64,000 bases of DNA from an uncultured Trueperaceae bacterium (GCA_963799485.1 CAWCXJ010000007.1:224001-288000); one strand, 5' to 3'. Numbered from the stretch's first letter, positions 42,052-51,993 are shown. Notes: generated by a model not told the origin, from the sequence alone. Translations and numbers: made by a program.

Positions 42052-43638
42052 TCAAAACCCGACGGCCTGCCCGTCTTTACGGTGGTCTGAGGCGGCTAAG
42101 TAACCGTCTTCCAGCCTATAAATCAGCTGCGCCCCGCCGAACGAAAAACTCGCTTCGGGCGCGGTCTCGGTAAGCTGATGGCCCCTTGCGCTCAGTTCAT
42201 CCAACACGTCAGGCTTAAACCCCTTTTCGACGGCGACCTCGAGCCCCTCGACGACCCGCCAGCGCGGAGCGTCCGACGCCGTTTGCGGGTTCTGCCCGTA
42301 GTCACGGAGCCGCACGACCATCTGCGCGTGCCCTTGCGGTTGCATCGGCCCGCCCATCACGCCGAAACTCATCAGCGGGTGATTGCCCTGCATCAAAAAG
42401 CCCGGAATGATGGTGTGAAAGGGGCGTTTGCCGCCTGCGACTTGGTTGGGATGGCCCTTTTCCAGCGTAAAGCCCGCCCCCCGGTTTTGCATACTGATAC
42501 CGGTTCCGGGAACCACTATGCCCGAACCGAAGCCGTAATAGTTCGACTGAATCAGCGAAACCATCATGCCGCCCGCATCGGCGGTGCTCAGGTAGACGGT
42601 GCCGCCGCGTTGCGGGACGCCGTAGCCGGGGTTTTGGGCGCGGGTCATGTCGATGAGCTCCGCGCGTTCGGCGAGGTAGTCGGGGTCTAAGAGCGCGTGG
42701 GGTGACACGTCCTCAAAGTCCGGGTCGCTCACGTAACGGTGCGCGTCGGCAAACGCGAGTTTCATCGCTTCAATCTGTACGTGCAGGCTGTCGGCGGAGT
42801 CCACACCGTAATCGGCGACCGGATGATGTTCTAAAATCCCGAGCATCAGCAGCGCGGCGAGTCCCTGACCGTTCGGCGGGATTTCGTGGAGCGTCGCGCC
42901 CCGGTAGCCTTGTGAAATCGTTCCGACCCAATCGGCCTGGTGGTTGGCAAAGTCAGACTCGGTGAAGAGGCTGCTGTGGGCGCTCGAGTCCGCTACCATC
43001 TTCTGCGCCAGCTCGCCCCGGTAAAACGCTTCACCTCTGGTTGCGGCAATCTGTTCTAGAGTTTTCGCCTGGTCTTCAAAGCGGAACAGTTCGCCGGGTT
43101 TGGGCGCGCGGCCTTCCGGTAAAAATCCTGCACTAAACGCAGGCATATCGGCAAACGCTCGTTCGGCAGAGGCCCACGCTTTTGCGGTGATGGGGGAGAC
43201 GAGAAAGCCTTCACGAGCATAGTGAACCGCCGGTTCAAAAAGCTGCTCGAACGGTAGTTTGCCGAAGCGCTCCGAAAGCGTCACCCAGCCCGACACCGCG
43301 CCCGGTACGGTTACGGCGTCCCAGCCCCGCAGCGGCATACTGCCTTGGCCTGCAAACCGTTCAGGTGTCAAGGCTGCCGGGGAGCGTCCCGACGCGTTGA
43401 GTCCGTACAGTTCTCGTCCGTCCCAGAGAATCGCAAAAAGGTCTGAACCGATGCCGTTCGAGGTAGGTTCGACGACCGTTTTGGCAATCGCGGCGGCGAT
43501 GGCGGCGTCTACGGCGTTGCCGCCCCGGTAGAGCATCTGTAATCCGGCTTGCGCGGCTAGGGGTTGCGAGGTTGCCACGACGTTTTTGGCCAAAACCGGC
43601 ATCCGCTGTGACGGGTAGGGAAAACCGTAAGTAAACAT
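42052..43638 (-). CDS. ggt: Gamma-glutamyltransferase family protein
   Basis: GGNAVDAAIA, GTVYLSTAD catalytic Thr, KRPFHTIIP, GVMGG.MQPQGH, SDHRKDG. Confidence 0.93.
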   Translation of the reverse strand: MFTYGFPYPSQRMPVLAKNVVATSQPLAAQAGLQMLYRGGNAVDAAIAAAIAKTVVEPTSNGIGSDLFAILWDGRELYGLNASGRSPAALTPERFAGQGSMPLRGWDAVTVPGAVSGWVTLSERFGKLPFEQLFEPAVHYAREGFLVSPITAKAWASAERAFADMPAFSAGFLPEGRAPKPGELFRFEDQAKTLEQIAATRGEAFYRGELAQKMVADSSAHSSLFTESDFANHQADWVGTISQGYRGATLHEIPPNGQGLAALLMLGILEHHPVADYGVDSADSLHVQIEAMKLAFADAHRYVSDPDFEDVSPHALLDPDYLAERAELIDMTRAQNPGYGVPQRGGTVYLSTADAGGMMVSLIQSNYYGFGSGIVVPGTGISMQNRGAGFTLEKGHPNQVAGGKRPFHTIIPGFLMQGNHPLMSFGVMGGPMQPQGHAQMVVRLRDYGQNPQTASDAPRWRVVEGLEVAVEKGFKPDVLDELSARGHQLTETAPEASFSFGGAQLIYRLEDGYLAASDHRKDGQAVGF

Positions 43639-43649
43639 AAAACTCCTGC

Positions 43650-44192
43650 CTAACGAAAGAAGGCGACGCCGAGCGCACCACCGACGACAATCAAGAGCGC
43701 CGGGTGAACGTTAAAGCGAACCGATAAGGCAAACGCTGCAATTGCCAAGAGCCAAAGCGCCCAATTGCCGAGCCACGCGCCCGGACTCCCGAAAGCACTC
43801 GGGATAAAGTCGTAAACGACCAGCGCCAAGAGCGCAATGACAATCGGGCGCACACCCCGTAAAAAGCCGTTGATGACCGGTGCGTCACGGAAACGGACGA
43901 AAAACGCCGCGAGCGCAATCATGGCTAAAATCGTCGGCACCGCGATTCCGGCGAGACCCATGACCGCGCCGCCCCACCCGCCGACCTTGTAGCCGACGTA
44001 TCCCGCCAACTTGGTGGCAATCGGGCCGGGGAGCGCATTGCCGAAGGCGAACGCGTCTAGGAACTCTTCTCGAGACAACCAGCCCTTGACGTCCACAACT
44101 TCATTTTGAATCAGCGGAATCATCGAGGGGCCGCCGCCGAAACCGAACACGCCGACCTTGCCAAACGACCAGAACAGGTCAAAAAGGAGCAT
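43650..44192 (-). CDS. Short-chain chromate transporter (CHR family)
   Basis: FGFGGG, WLSREEFLD, LPGPIA. Confidence 0.88.
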   Translation of the reverse strand: MLLFDLFWSFGKVGVFGFGGGPSMIPLIQNEVVDVKGWLSREEFLDAFAFGNALPGPIATKLAGYVGYKVGGWGGAVMGLAGIAVPTILAMIALAAFFVRFRDAPVINGFLRGVRPIVIALLALVVYDFIPSAFGSPGAWLGNWALWLLAIAAFALSVRFNVHPALLIVVGGALGVAFFR

Positions 44193-44240
44193 AAGGGTCT
44201 ATTCTGACACCAGCGGACGCCGTAATAGGTTTGACCACCT

Positions 44241-45125
44241 CTAGGCGTCCTCTTTGGGCTCGAGCGCGTCCCGCAACCCGTCCCCGAACAGGTTAAACGC
44301 CAGCACCGTGACAAAGATACTGACCCCCGGCCAGACCGCCATCCACGGCGCTTGCGCCATAAAACCCTTGGCGACGTTGAGCATCCCGCCCCAACTCGGC
44401 GTCGGCGGCTGCACCCCGAGACCTAAAAATGAGAGCGACGACTCGGCGATAATCGCCTGGGCAATCGTCAGCGTCGCCTGCACCAAGAGCGGCGTAAAGC
44501 TGTTCGGCAAGATGTGCCGGACGATGATACGCCGGTCGTAACCGCCCAGAGCCCTCGCTGCCTGCACGTACTCTTCAGCTTTGACGGCTAAGACCTGCCC
44601 CCGCGTCAAACGGATAAAGGTCGGGGCGCTGGCAATCCCGATGGCGATCATCGCATTTTGCAAACTCGGCCCGAGCGCGGCGGCGAGCGCTACCGCGAGG
44701 ATTAAAAAGGGAAACGACAGCACGGCGTCGGTAAAGCGCATAATGAGTTCGTCCCAGAAGCCGCCGTAAAACCCGGAAATCAGCCCGAGCGGGACGCCGA
44801 TAAGCATCGCAATCACCACCGAAATGACCCCGGCTAAGAGGCTTGCGCGAGCGCCGAAGATTACACGTGAGAGCACATCTCGCCCTACGTCGTCGGTGCC
44901 CAGCAGGTATTCGGCACTCGGAGCCTGACGCACCGACAAAAAATCAGGCGTTGCCGGTTCGTACGGGGCGAGCTGAGGCGCAAAAACGGCTAAAACGACG
45001 AAAAAAACGATGATGAACGTGCCAAAGAGAGCCAGAGGACTCCGCCGAAACCGTTTGAGGGCGCGGTTCGGGGGGCGCTGGGGGCCGCCTTCAACCTCTG
45101 TAAGTGGCGTGGCAACTTCGCTCAT
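44241..45125 (-). CDS. Peptide/glutathione ABC permease
   Basis: LGTDDVGRDVLSR, HILPN, PPTPSWG. Confidence 0.92.
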   Translation of the reverse strand: MSEVATPLTEVEGGPQRPPNRALKRFRRSPLALFGTFIIVFFVVLAVFAPQLAPYEPATPDFLSVRQAPSAEYLLGTDDVGRDVLSRVIFGARASLLAGVISVVIAMLIGVPLGLISGFYGGFWDELIMRFTDAVLSFPFLILAVALAAALGPSLQNAMIAIGIASAPTFIRLTRGQVLAVKAEEYVQAARALGGYDRRIIVRHILPNSFTPLLVQATLTIAQAIIAESSLSFLGLGVQPPTPSWGGMLNVAKGFMAQAPWMAVWPGVSIFVTVLAFNLFGDGLRDALEPKEDA

Positions 45126-46075
45126 GTGCTTCTACCTATCTGAATGCGCGGGTTCACCAGCGCGTAGGCCACATCTACGAGCAGGTTGATAAAGATGTAC
45201 GCTGCCGAAGTAAACAGCACGACGCCCTGTACCACGGCGTAATCGCGGTTAAAGACAGCGTCTACGACGAGCTTGCCGAAACCTGGAATGGTAAAGACCT
45301 GTTCGGTTAAAACGGCACCCGACAAAAGCGCTCCCATCTGCAAGCCGAAAATCGTAATCACCGGAATCAGCGCGTTACGGAGCGCGTGCCGCAGCACGAC
45401 GCGGCGTTTTAGCAGCCCTTTGGCCTGCGCCGTGCGGACGTAATCTTGCTTCAACACGTCCAGCATCGAACTGCGGAGCTGCCGCATCAACACCGCTGCC
45501 AAGCCCGTTCCCAACACGAACGCAGGCATAATCATCCGCTGCAGATTACCGAGCGGGTCGCTGCCGAATTCGACGTAACCCGAGGCGGGCAGCAGACCCC
45601 ACTGCACCGAAAAGAGCAAAATCAGCATGATGCCAAGCCAGAAGTTCGGCAACGACAAGCCTGAGAGCGCAAAAAAGGTGCCGATGTAATCTATCGCCGT
45701 ATTTTTGCGCACCGCCGACAAGATGCCCACCGGCAGCGCAATCAAGAGCGCGACGAGCATACTCAGCAGTGCGAGTTCTACCGTTACCGGGAGCTTTTGC
45801 CAGATGAGCTGCGTCACGGGTTGATTCGTGCGGATGGACTGACCCAAATCGCCCCGTAAAACCTGAGCGAGCCACGCCACGTACTGCACCGGCACCGGGT
45901 CGTCCAAGCGGTAGCGTTCACGGATAAAGGCGATGACTTCGGGGTCGCGCTGCTCTCCGGCGATAATAAGGGCCGGGTCGCCGGGGAGCAGCCGCTGAAT
46001 CCCAAAAACCATCAGCGTGACGATAATTAGCGTGGGAATCGCGGTTAAGAAGCGTTTAACGATAAAGAGCAGCAT
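45122..46075 (-). CDS. Peptide/glutathione ABC permease
   Basis: LPGDPA, DYVRTAQAKGL; start ATG 46075. Confidence 0.92.
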   Translation of the reverse strand: MLLFIVKRFLTAIPTLIIVTLMVFGIQRLLPGDPALIIAGEQRDPEVIAFIRERYRLDDPVPVQYVAWLAQVLRGDLGQSIRTNQPVTQLIWQKLPVTVELALLSMLVALLIALPVGILSAVRKNTAIDYIGTFFALSGLSLPNFWLGIMLILLFSVQWGLLPASGYVEFGSDPLGNLQRMIMPAFVLGTGLAAVLMRQLRSSMLDVLKQDYVRTAQAKGLLKRRVVLRHALRNALIPVITIFGLQMGALLSGAVLTEQVFTIPGFGKLVVDAVFNRDYAVVQGVVLFTSAAYIFINLLVDVAYALVNPRIQIGRST

Positions 46076-46155
46076 CAGTGTTTTAGCATCGCCAGTGTGA
46101 CCTCTCGAGCGCATCCCACACAGCTTTTGTGTGGGATGCGGAGCTAAAGCCTAAT

Positions 46156-47652
46156 TTAGTTGAGCGTCACACCTTGCCAGCGGATAATGCCGTCCGGATA
46201 GGCGTTAAAGCCTTCCAACGCGCTCACATGCGGGAAAAACAGGTTCTGGTGGTACAGATAGATGATGTTGCGGTTCGGCAGGTAGATTTCACCGGCCTGG
46301 TCGTACAACGCTTTGCGCTCCGCCATATCTGAAACCGACCGGGCCTCGTTTAGCAGCCTATCGACTTCGGGGTCACAGTAACCGGTTTCGTTAAGCGTCC
46401 CTTCGCACGTTTGATACTGGTGAATGTTGCCGTCCGGGTCGATGCGGCCCGACCAGCCGACCTGAAACGCTTCGTAGTCGCCCTGCTCCTGAAAGTCGAG
46501 GGCGCTGGCAAATTCGGTGGCGCGCAGCGAGATGTCAAAGCCCGCCTCGGCCCCGAGCGCCTGAATGACCTCACCCAAACGCACCGATTCGGGATTGTTG
46601 CCGACCATCAGCTCGAACGCGACGCGCTCGAACCCGGCTTCTTGCAAGAGGGCTTTTGCCTGTTCGACGTTGCGTTCAGAGACGGGATAGGCTTCGTTGT
46701 ACCAGGGACTGCTCGGCGGGACGGGCTGGTTGCCGACGATAAACTCGCCGTTGAAAACAGCCTGATTGATGACGTTACGGTCGAGCGCGAGTTCTAACGC
46801 TTCGCGTACCTGCGGGCTGCTCGCTAGGGGTGTACCCAACGGTTCAGGGTTCGAGAGGTTGATGGTGATGCCCTGATAGCCTAAACTCGGCGCGGACGGC
46901 AGCGTTAGGTTCGGGTCGTTGCGGATAGTCTCTAGGTCGGTTGGGGCGGGGCGTTCGATCATCTGCAGGTCGCCCGACTGCAAGTTGGCAAGCCGCACGC
47001 TGGTGTCGGGAATCGCTAAAAAGACGATCTGGTCTAAACTGATGCTCTGTGCGTCCCAATAGTCGGGGAACCGTTCGACGACGATACGGTCTTGCGCGAC
47101 GCGCTCCTTGAACGAAAACGGCCCCGCGCAGACCGGCGCGTTACCGAAGTTTTCCCCTTCGGCTTCGGCGGCCTCGGGCGAGACCATCATCCCGGCGCGG
47201 TCGGCGAGTTGCGCGACAATCGGCGCAAAAGGTTGTGACAAGTTGAGCCGGACGGTGTTCTCGTCGACGACTTCGACGCTCTCTAACTGCTCCAACTCAC
47301 TCGCGCGGTTCGAGCCGGGCAGGTTTTTCGAGCGCTCGAGGTTATATTTTACGGCCTCGGCGTCCATCGCCGTACCGTCGTGAAACTTTACGCCGTCACG
47401 AATATCGATGGTCAACGACAGGTTATCGTCGGAAAATTCGTAGCCGGTGGCGAGCTGAGGAATGATCTCCGCATTTTGGTCGATGTCGAAAAGTTTGTCG
47501 CAGAGGCTGGCAAAGACGATGCGGCCCACGTAGGTGCGACCGAGGTCGGGGTCTAGGAGGTCGGGGTCTTCGTTGAGACCAACCCGGACGGTCTGGGCTA
47601 AGCTGCTTGCAGTTAAACCTAAAACGAGGACGCTCCCTAAAAACCTTTTCAT
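46156..47652 (-). CDS. Peptide/glutathione ABC substrate-binding protein
   Basis: Signal peptide, LCDKLFD, KFHDGT, PVCAGPF, GWSGRIDPD; RBS AGGAGGA. Confidence 0.92.
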   Translation of the reverse strand: MKRFLGSVLVLGLTASSLAQTVRVGLNEDPDLLDPDLGRTYVGRIVFASLCDKLFDIDQNAEIIPQLATGYEFSDDNLSLTIDIRDGVKFHDGTAMDAEAVKYNLERSKNLPGSNRASELEQLESVEVVDENTVRLNLSQPFAPIVAQLADRAGMMVSPEAAEAEGENFGNAPVCAGPFSFKERVAQDRIVVERFPDYWDAQSISLDQIVFLAIPDTSVRLANLQSGDLQMIERPAPTDLETIRNDPNLTLPSAPSLGYQGITINLSNPEPLGTPLASSPQVREALELALDRNVINQAVFNGEFIVGNQPVPPSSPWYNEAYPVSERNVEQAKALLQEAGFERVAFELMVGNNPESVRLGEVIQALGAEAGFDISLRATEFASALDFQEQGDYEAFQVGWSGRIDPDGNIHQYQTCEGTLNETGYCDPEVDRLLNEARSVSDMAERKALYDQAGEIYLPNRNIIYLYHQNLFFPHVSALEGFNAYPDGIIRWQGVTLN

Positions 47653-47706
47653 GTTCCTCCTCCTTACCGCAGATGTGTTTACGGTGAGTTTTTGCGCATT
47701 AAGCAG

Positions 47707-47736
47707 AGTTTATGTAATTTCACCACGCATTGTCAA
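47707..47736 (-). promoter_or_regulatory. Sigma70-type promoter of the ABC-CHR-GGT operon
   Basis: TTGACA-18-TAAACT on the minus strand. Confidence 0.6.
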
Positions 47737-47805
47737 GTTTATACAGCTTATGTTAAGGTTATGCGCAGAACTAAAGGCGGTTCTGTAGAACCTCTCGAGG
47801 TAACG

Positions 47806-48282
47806 ATGACTTTAGACCGGCTCGACCAACAGCTTATCAGCGCCTTGGAGGACGACGGACGCCGCCCCTACCGCGACATTGCCCGCGATTTGGACGTTGC
47901 CGAAGCGACGGTGCGTTTACGGGTCTCGAGGCTCATCGACGCCGGACTGATCCGCATCACCGCAGTCGGCGACCCGCTGAGTTTAGGCATCGAAGTTGCC
48001 GCTATCAGCTTGCTCTCGGTTCGGCCCGGTAGCGCGGCCCAAACGGCGGAACAGCTCGCGGCTTATCCGAACGTGCGCTTTGTCGGCGAGTCGTTCGGCT
48101 CGGCGGACATCATCATTCAGACGCTGCACCCCGACATCAAGAGTTTGCACCACTTTATCGGGACAGAATTGCCGGGGGCGCTCCCGGGTATCACCCGCAC
48201 CGAGACCTTTCAACTGGCGCGGGTCGTAAAAAGCACCTGGAACTGGCGGGCGTGGTTTGAACAGGGGAGGGGGAAAGGTTAG
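47806..48282 (+). CDS. Lrp/AsnC family regulator
   Basis: LDRLDQQLI..LEDDGRRPY..IA..L.V.EATV..RV.RL. Confidence 0.9.
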   Translation: MTLDRLDQQLISALEDDGRRPYRDIARDLDVAEATVRLRVSRLIDAGLIRITAVGDPLSLGIEVAAISLLSVRPGSAAQTAEQLAAYPNVRFVGESFGSADIIIQTLHPDIKSLHHFIGTELPGALPGITRTETFQLARVVKSTWNWRAWFEQGRGKG

Positions 48283-48421
48283 GCTTGCGCTTTCACACGG
48301 CCTAAAAGGGTCGTTACCGTACTGGCAGCAAGAAACAGGGAGAGCTTTGGAACCGTGACGGTTGTTCTTTCCGCCGTAAAGTCACAAACGCTGCTCAAAC
48401 GTCCGCACGACCTAAAACGAG

Positions 48422-48967
48422 CTACTTCGCGCGAGCAAAAACCTGCACCCAGTAATCCCCGCTCTTGCCGACGCCCAGCACCGTGTACCCCGGATTCATC
48501 AGAGTGGCGCAGTGCCCGTCGCTCTCCAGCCAGCCGCTCATCACCTCGTCTACGTTTTTATAGCCTTGCGCGAGGTTCTCGCCGACCCTAGACCAGCGGT
48601 AGCCCGTCCGGGAGACGCGCACGCCTACGGTGCTGCCGTCCGGTGCAGTGTGGCTGAAATAACCCTGCGCGTTCATGTCGTCGGCGTGAGCTTGGGCGGC
48701 GGCGCTAAGGCGGGGCTCGAGCCCTACCCCTGTCGCCGCCTCAAAAACGCCTTTTGCGCCGCAATCTTGACCTGCTGTGCGCGCCGCGTTGACCTGCGCC
48801 AACATTTTGCGTGCGGTTTCGGTTGGGGGCGGTGCAGCTTCGTCGGCCTCAGGGACCGGTGCACCCGGTAAACTACACGCAGATAGAGTAAAGGCCAGCA
48901 AAACCAAGCTCAAGCCTTTGAGAAGAGGTAAATAGGGGTGCTTTAGCTGCCGCTGCTGCGTCGCCAT
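48422..48967 (-). CDS. CAP/SCP domain lipoprotein
   Basis: Lipobox LSAC, AQAHADDM, FSH, GENLA, WLESDGHC. Confidence 0.88.
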   Translation of the reverse strand: MATQQRQLKHPYLPLLKGLSLVLLAFTLSACSLPGAPVPEADEAAPPPTETARKMLAQVNAARTAGQDCGAKGVFEAATGVGLEPRLSAAAQAHADDMNAQGYFSHTAPDGSTVGVRVSRTGYRWSRVGENLAQGYKNVDEVMSGWLESDGHCATLMNPGYTVLGVGKSGDYWVQVFARAK

Positions 48968-49027
48968 ACCCTTAATTTAAGCGGTTTTACGGCGACGCGG
49001 AGGTCTAAAACTTCACGACCCAGAGTT

Positions 49028-49510
49028 TTACGGTGCAGCGTGCGTTTGCACCTTGCGCTCTGGAACCTGCGTCGCCTGCGCCGCGTAGCGCCCTACCGCG
49101 AGCAAGCCAACGCCGTAAAAGAGCGCCGCTACGCCGAGGAGTACGGTGGGGTAAAGGGTAGGACTGCCAATCAGCCAGATAAAGAGCGCAAACCAGACCG
49201 GCGCAGCGAGCAAGATACCCTCGAGCAGCGCCGCCGTCAGCGCCCCCGCCTGCGCGCCGCCGCGCGCGCTCAAGGTGCCGAGCAAGTAGGTGGCGGGTAG
49301 CTCGAGCAGCGCCAGGCCTACAAACATCTGTGCGGTCAGGTTAGACGCCGCGGGTTCAGGGCTCAAGACAAAAAAAAGGACTCCCCAGGCCAGCGCTGCT
49401 TGCCCTGCTTGCCCCCAGAAAGCCAGTAAAAACAGCGTTCTCAGCGCCCCGGCTGCCTGCGCCCGCGTCGGCGCGTCGCTCTTTAGGAAGGTTTGTAACG
49501 CCGTAAACAC
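49028..49510 (-). CDS. Hypothetical membrane protein
   Basis: About 4 hydrophobic segments, host-like codon usage. Confidence 0.6.
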   Translation of the reverse strand: MFTALQTFLKSDAPTRAQAAGALRTLFLLAFWGQAGQAALAWGVLFFVLSPEPAASNLTAQMFVGLALLELPATYLLGTLSARGGAQAGALTAALLEGILLAAPVWFALFIWLIGSPTLYPTVLLGVAALFYGVGLLAVGRYAAQATQVPERKVQTHAAP

Positions 49511-49661
49511 GAGCTAAACTATACCCGAAGCTGCAGGGCGACACCCTCACGGTAAACTTGGCCCATCGACTCTCGTTATCCTGTCGGCCCGTTTTCTTTA
49601 ACACACGCCGACTGAAGCCAACCGTGCCGTGTGGTCTTTACAGGCCGTGTGGTCTTTTCGG

Positions 49662-49796
49662 CTAGTGCGAATCCGGGGTGTCTTCGGCAGATTCGGCGGC
49701 GAGTGCGTGTCCGGCAAAGGTCAGCATCCCGGCGACAAGCGTAACCCCGGAAAAAACGAGTACGCTGTTGACTGCAATTTGAATAACCGTGTCCAT
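49662..49796 (-). CDS. 44-aa single-TM small protein (absent from ORF track)
   Basis: AGGAGG-N4-ATG; MDTVIQIAVNSVLVFSGVTLVAGMLTFAGHALAAESAEDTPDSH. Confidence 0.6.
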   Translation of the reverse strand: MDTVIQIAVNSVLVFSGVTLVAGMLTFAGHALAAESAEDTPDSH

Positions 49797-49952
49797 ACTG
49801 CCTCCTGAGGCTTCCAGTGTACGCTATCAGCGCAACTCGGTTTTGTTGTAAACTCCAAGCCGCCAAGCGAACCGGCTGGATGAGCGCCGCTGAAACCGCC
49901 GGATGTAAGGTTTTCCCTTGCCCAAACAGGTGTTATCCTCCATATTAAGCCT

Positions 49953-50933
49953 ATGAGAGACTATGCCATCGCCCCTACCGCGCAGCGCCTCGCCGAAGAG
50001 AACAACGTCGACTGGCGTGTACTCGAGGGCAGCGGTGAAGGGGGCAGCGTCGTCGAGCGTGACGTTTTGGGCTACCTCGCGCGGGTGATGCAGGGCGAAG
50101 AAGCGACCAACCCGACCCCTGAACCCTTACCTGAGGGCTTGAGCGCCTGGCCCGAAGAACCCGAGCGCCGCCGGGGTGCAGACCGTAAAGCGGAGCGCAC
50201 GACCAATCACACCGCCCGTCGCGCCGAAAGTACTCTTGAACGTCCTGAAAACCAGAATGCTGCTGAGGCGAATCAAACTGCGCCTTTTACCATGCCGCCG
50301 GTCGCTGTGGTCAAACCGACCCCGGACGCTGAAGTGCAGTCGCCCTGGACGGTCGAAAAACCTGCCAAACCCGTCGCGGATCCAGCTAAAGCCTCTCCGC
50401 GAGCGGACTCGGAAGCTTTCAGCACCGTTTCTGAGACAACTGTCTCTGAACCTGCCCCCAAAGCCGCTGCAACTCTCGCGCCACCTGCTGAGACTGTTGC
50501 GAATACGCTTTCTACCGCGTTTTCAGCAGACGATGCGGAGGCGCACCGGGCCGAACGTGCCGAACTCGAGACCCTGAGAATCCGCGTCGCCGAACTCGAG
50601 GACGAGCGCACAAAGCACGTCAACGAACTCCACCAGCTCTCGCGGATGCAAGAGACGATTGCGCTGCAAAAAAACGAGGGCACCAAACTCGGCGCGCTCC
50701 AGAGTGAGGTGCGCGACCTCAAGGCGCAACTCGCCGCCGCGCAGCGCTCTAGCGAACGCGCCGAAGCGCTCGCAGCACATAACCGCGACCTCGAGGCGCG
50801 GCTCGTGCGCGCCCGCAACTTCAAGCGCAAGGCCAAAGCCGAATTCGAGCGGATTACAGAAGACAACATAATGCTCGAGCACGAACTCGCCGGCCTCAAA
50901 CGCTCGAAGCGGGGGCTGTTTCGCAGGAGCTAA
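49953..50933 (+). CDS. E3-binding-domain protein with Pro/Ala linker and C-terminal coiled coil
   Basis: IAPTAQRLAEENNVDWRVLEGSGEGGSVVERDV; heptad-rich C-terminus. Confidence 0.75.
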   Translation: MRDYAIAPTAQRLAEENNVDWRVLEGSGEGGSVVERDVLGYLARVMQGEEATNPTPEPLPEGLSAWPEEPERRRGADRKAERTTNHTARRAESTLERPENQNAAEANQTAPFTMPPVAVVKPTPDAEVQSPWTVEKPAKPVADPAKASPRADSEAFSTVSETTVSEPAPKAAATLAPPAETVANTLSTAFSADDAEAHRAERAELETLRIRVAELEDERTKHVNELHQLSRMQETIALQKNEGTKLGALQSEVRDLKAQLAAAQRSSERAEALAAHNRDLEARLVRARNFKRKAKAEFERITEDNIMLEHELAGLKRSKRGLFRRS

Positions 50934-51169
50934 AAGGCCAGCCTAGAAAACGCACAGTAAAAACCACAGTGCAGCACCGGTTGCCCCGGATATTTCGGCA
51001 GTTCGGGCCGGGTGCAGCGGAGAAACACGCTTTCTCGGCTGCTCCGCACCAGCCGGGCAGCGGCGCAGCCGCCGCAAAGCCCGCCACGCGCAGCTTTTAG
51101 TAGCGCCGCGCGGTCGTCTGCGCTGCTCTTCTCGTCGTCTGGGTCGTTATTCGGCAGGTTCGCTGTCAC
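50930..51169 (-). CDS. Small Cys-rich hypothetical protein
   Basis: GLCGGC...FLRC...PKYPGQPVLHC; overlaps the end of nqo15. Confidence 0.6.
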   Translation of the reverse strand: MTANLPNNDPDDEKSSADDRAALLKAARGGLCGGCAAARLVRSSRESVFLRCTRPELPKYPGQPVLHCGFYCAFSRLAF

Positions 51170-51632
51170 TGCTGTACAAGGTGTCGGCGAGCTTAAAGAG
51201 CATCTCGCGGGTGAATATACGTTTGCCCTCGACCAGTGTACCTTTGTCGGCGTTATAGGTCAGGGTGCGGTAGGTGTGCGACTCGAACGGGTGCAGCCCA
51301 ATCTCTTTGAATACTGTGTGGCGCGGGGAAGCGTCGACCAGCAGGACAGGACGTCCCTTGAGGTCTGATAGCGAGGCGGACATAATTGTCGTAGGCAGGT
51401 CGTAAGGGCGCTCCATCCGGTAGATGTAGTCGGGGAAATCCGCTTCTTTTTCGAACATGGCGTGGGGGTGTTCGGCGGCGTACTCGAGCAGCCAACCCAA
51501 GAGCTTCTCCCAGGCAGCGTAAAAGGCGGCGTGGTCGGCGGCCTTTCGGTCTGCACGTGTATCTACCGGGGCCGGAGTTGGGCCGGTGTCGGAAAGCGGT
51601 TTTTCGGAGAGCGTACCGTCACGTTCAGTCAT
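51147..51632 (-). CDS. nqo15: NADH-quinone oxidoreductase subunit 15
   Basis: FEKEADFPDYIYRMERPYDLPTTIMSASLSD, closely resembling Thermus Nqo15. Confidence 0.93.
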   Translation of the reverse strand: MTERDGTLSEKPLSDTGPTPAPVDTRADRKAADHAAFYAAWEKLLGWLLEYAAEHPHAMFEKEADFPDYIYRMERPYDLPTTIMSASLSDLKGRPVLLVDASPRHTVFKEIGLHPFESHTYRTLTYNADKGTLVEGKRIFTREMLFKLADTLYSSDSEPAE

Positions 51633-51682
51633 GCGCCTAGTTTACCCTTATCACCGCGCCGTAACCGGGATAGAATAGCTTT

Positions 51683-51943
51683 ATGAACTCTTTTATGTCT
51701 CGAGCCCTGCTGCTGGCCCTGATTTTGAGCATCCTAAGCGCCTGCGACGGGCCTATCGATCTCGTCGATCCTTACGACCGGATTCAAGGCGAACCCAGCG
51801 GTCAGGTATCGACGGCCCTCGACGTTCCGGCGGGTGAACCTGAACCTACCTATATCGGTCTGGAAAGCGGCGGTGCGGGCGCGGAGAGTACGGGTGAAGA
51901 GAGTACAGGTGAAGCTGCGGGTGAGGCCGAAGGCGGGCGCTAG
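51683..51943 (+). CDS. Small acidic lipoprotein
   Basis: Lipobox LSAC, Glu/Gly-rich tail. Confidence 0.65.
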   Translation: MNSFMSRALLLALILSILSACDGPIDLVDPYDRIQGEPSGQVSTALDVPAGEPEPTYIGLESGGAGAESTGEESTGEAAGEAEGGR

Positions 51944-51993
51944 GTCAGGTTGCGCTCGGCTCGAGGCCAGCGGGTGAGCGCAACCTGACCTAG
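51940..51993. terminator. Perfect 18-bp inverted repeat between convergent genes
   Basis: CTAGGTCAGGTTGCGCTC-N18-GAGCGCAACCTGACCTAG, containing both stop codons. Confidence 0.75.
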
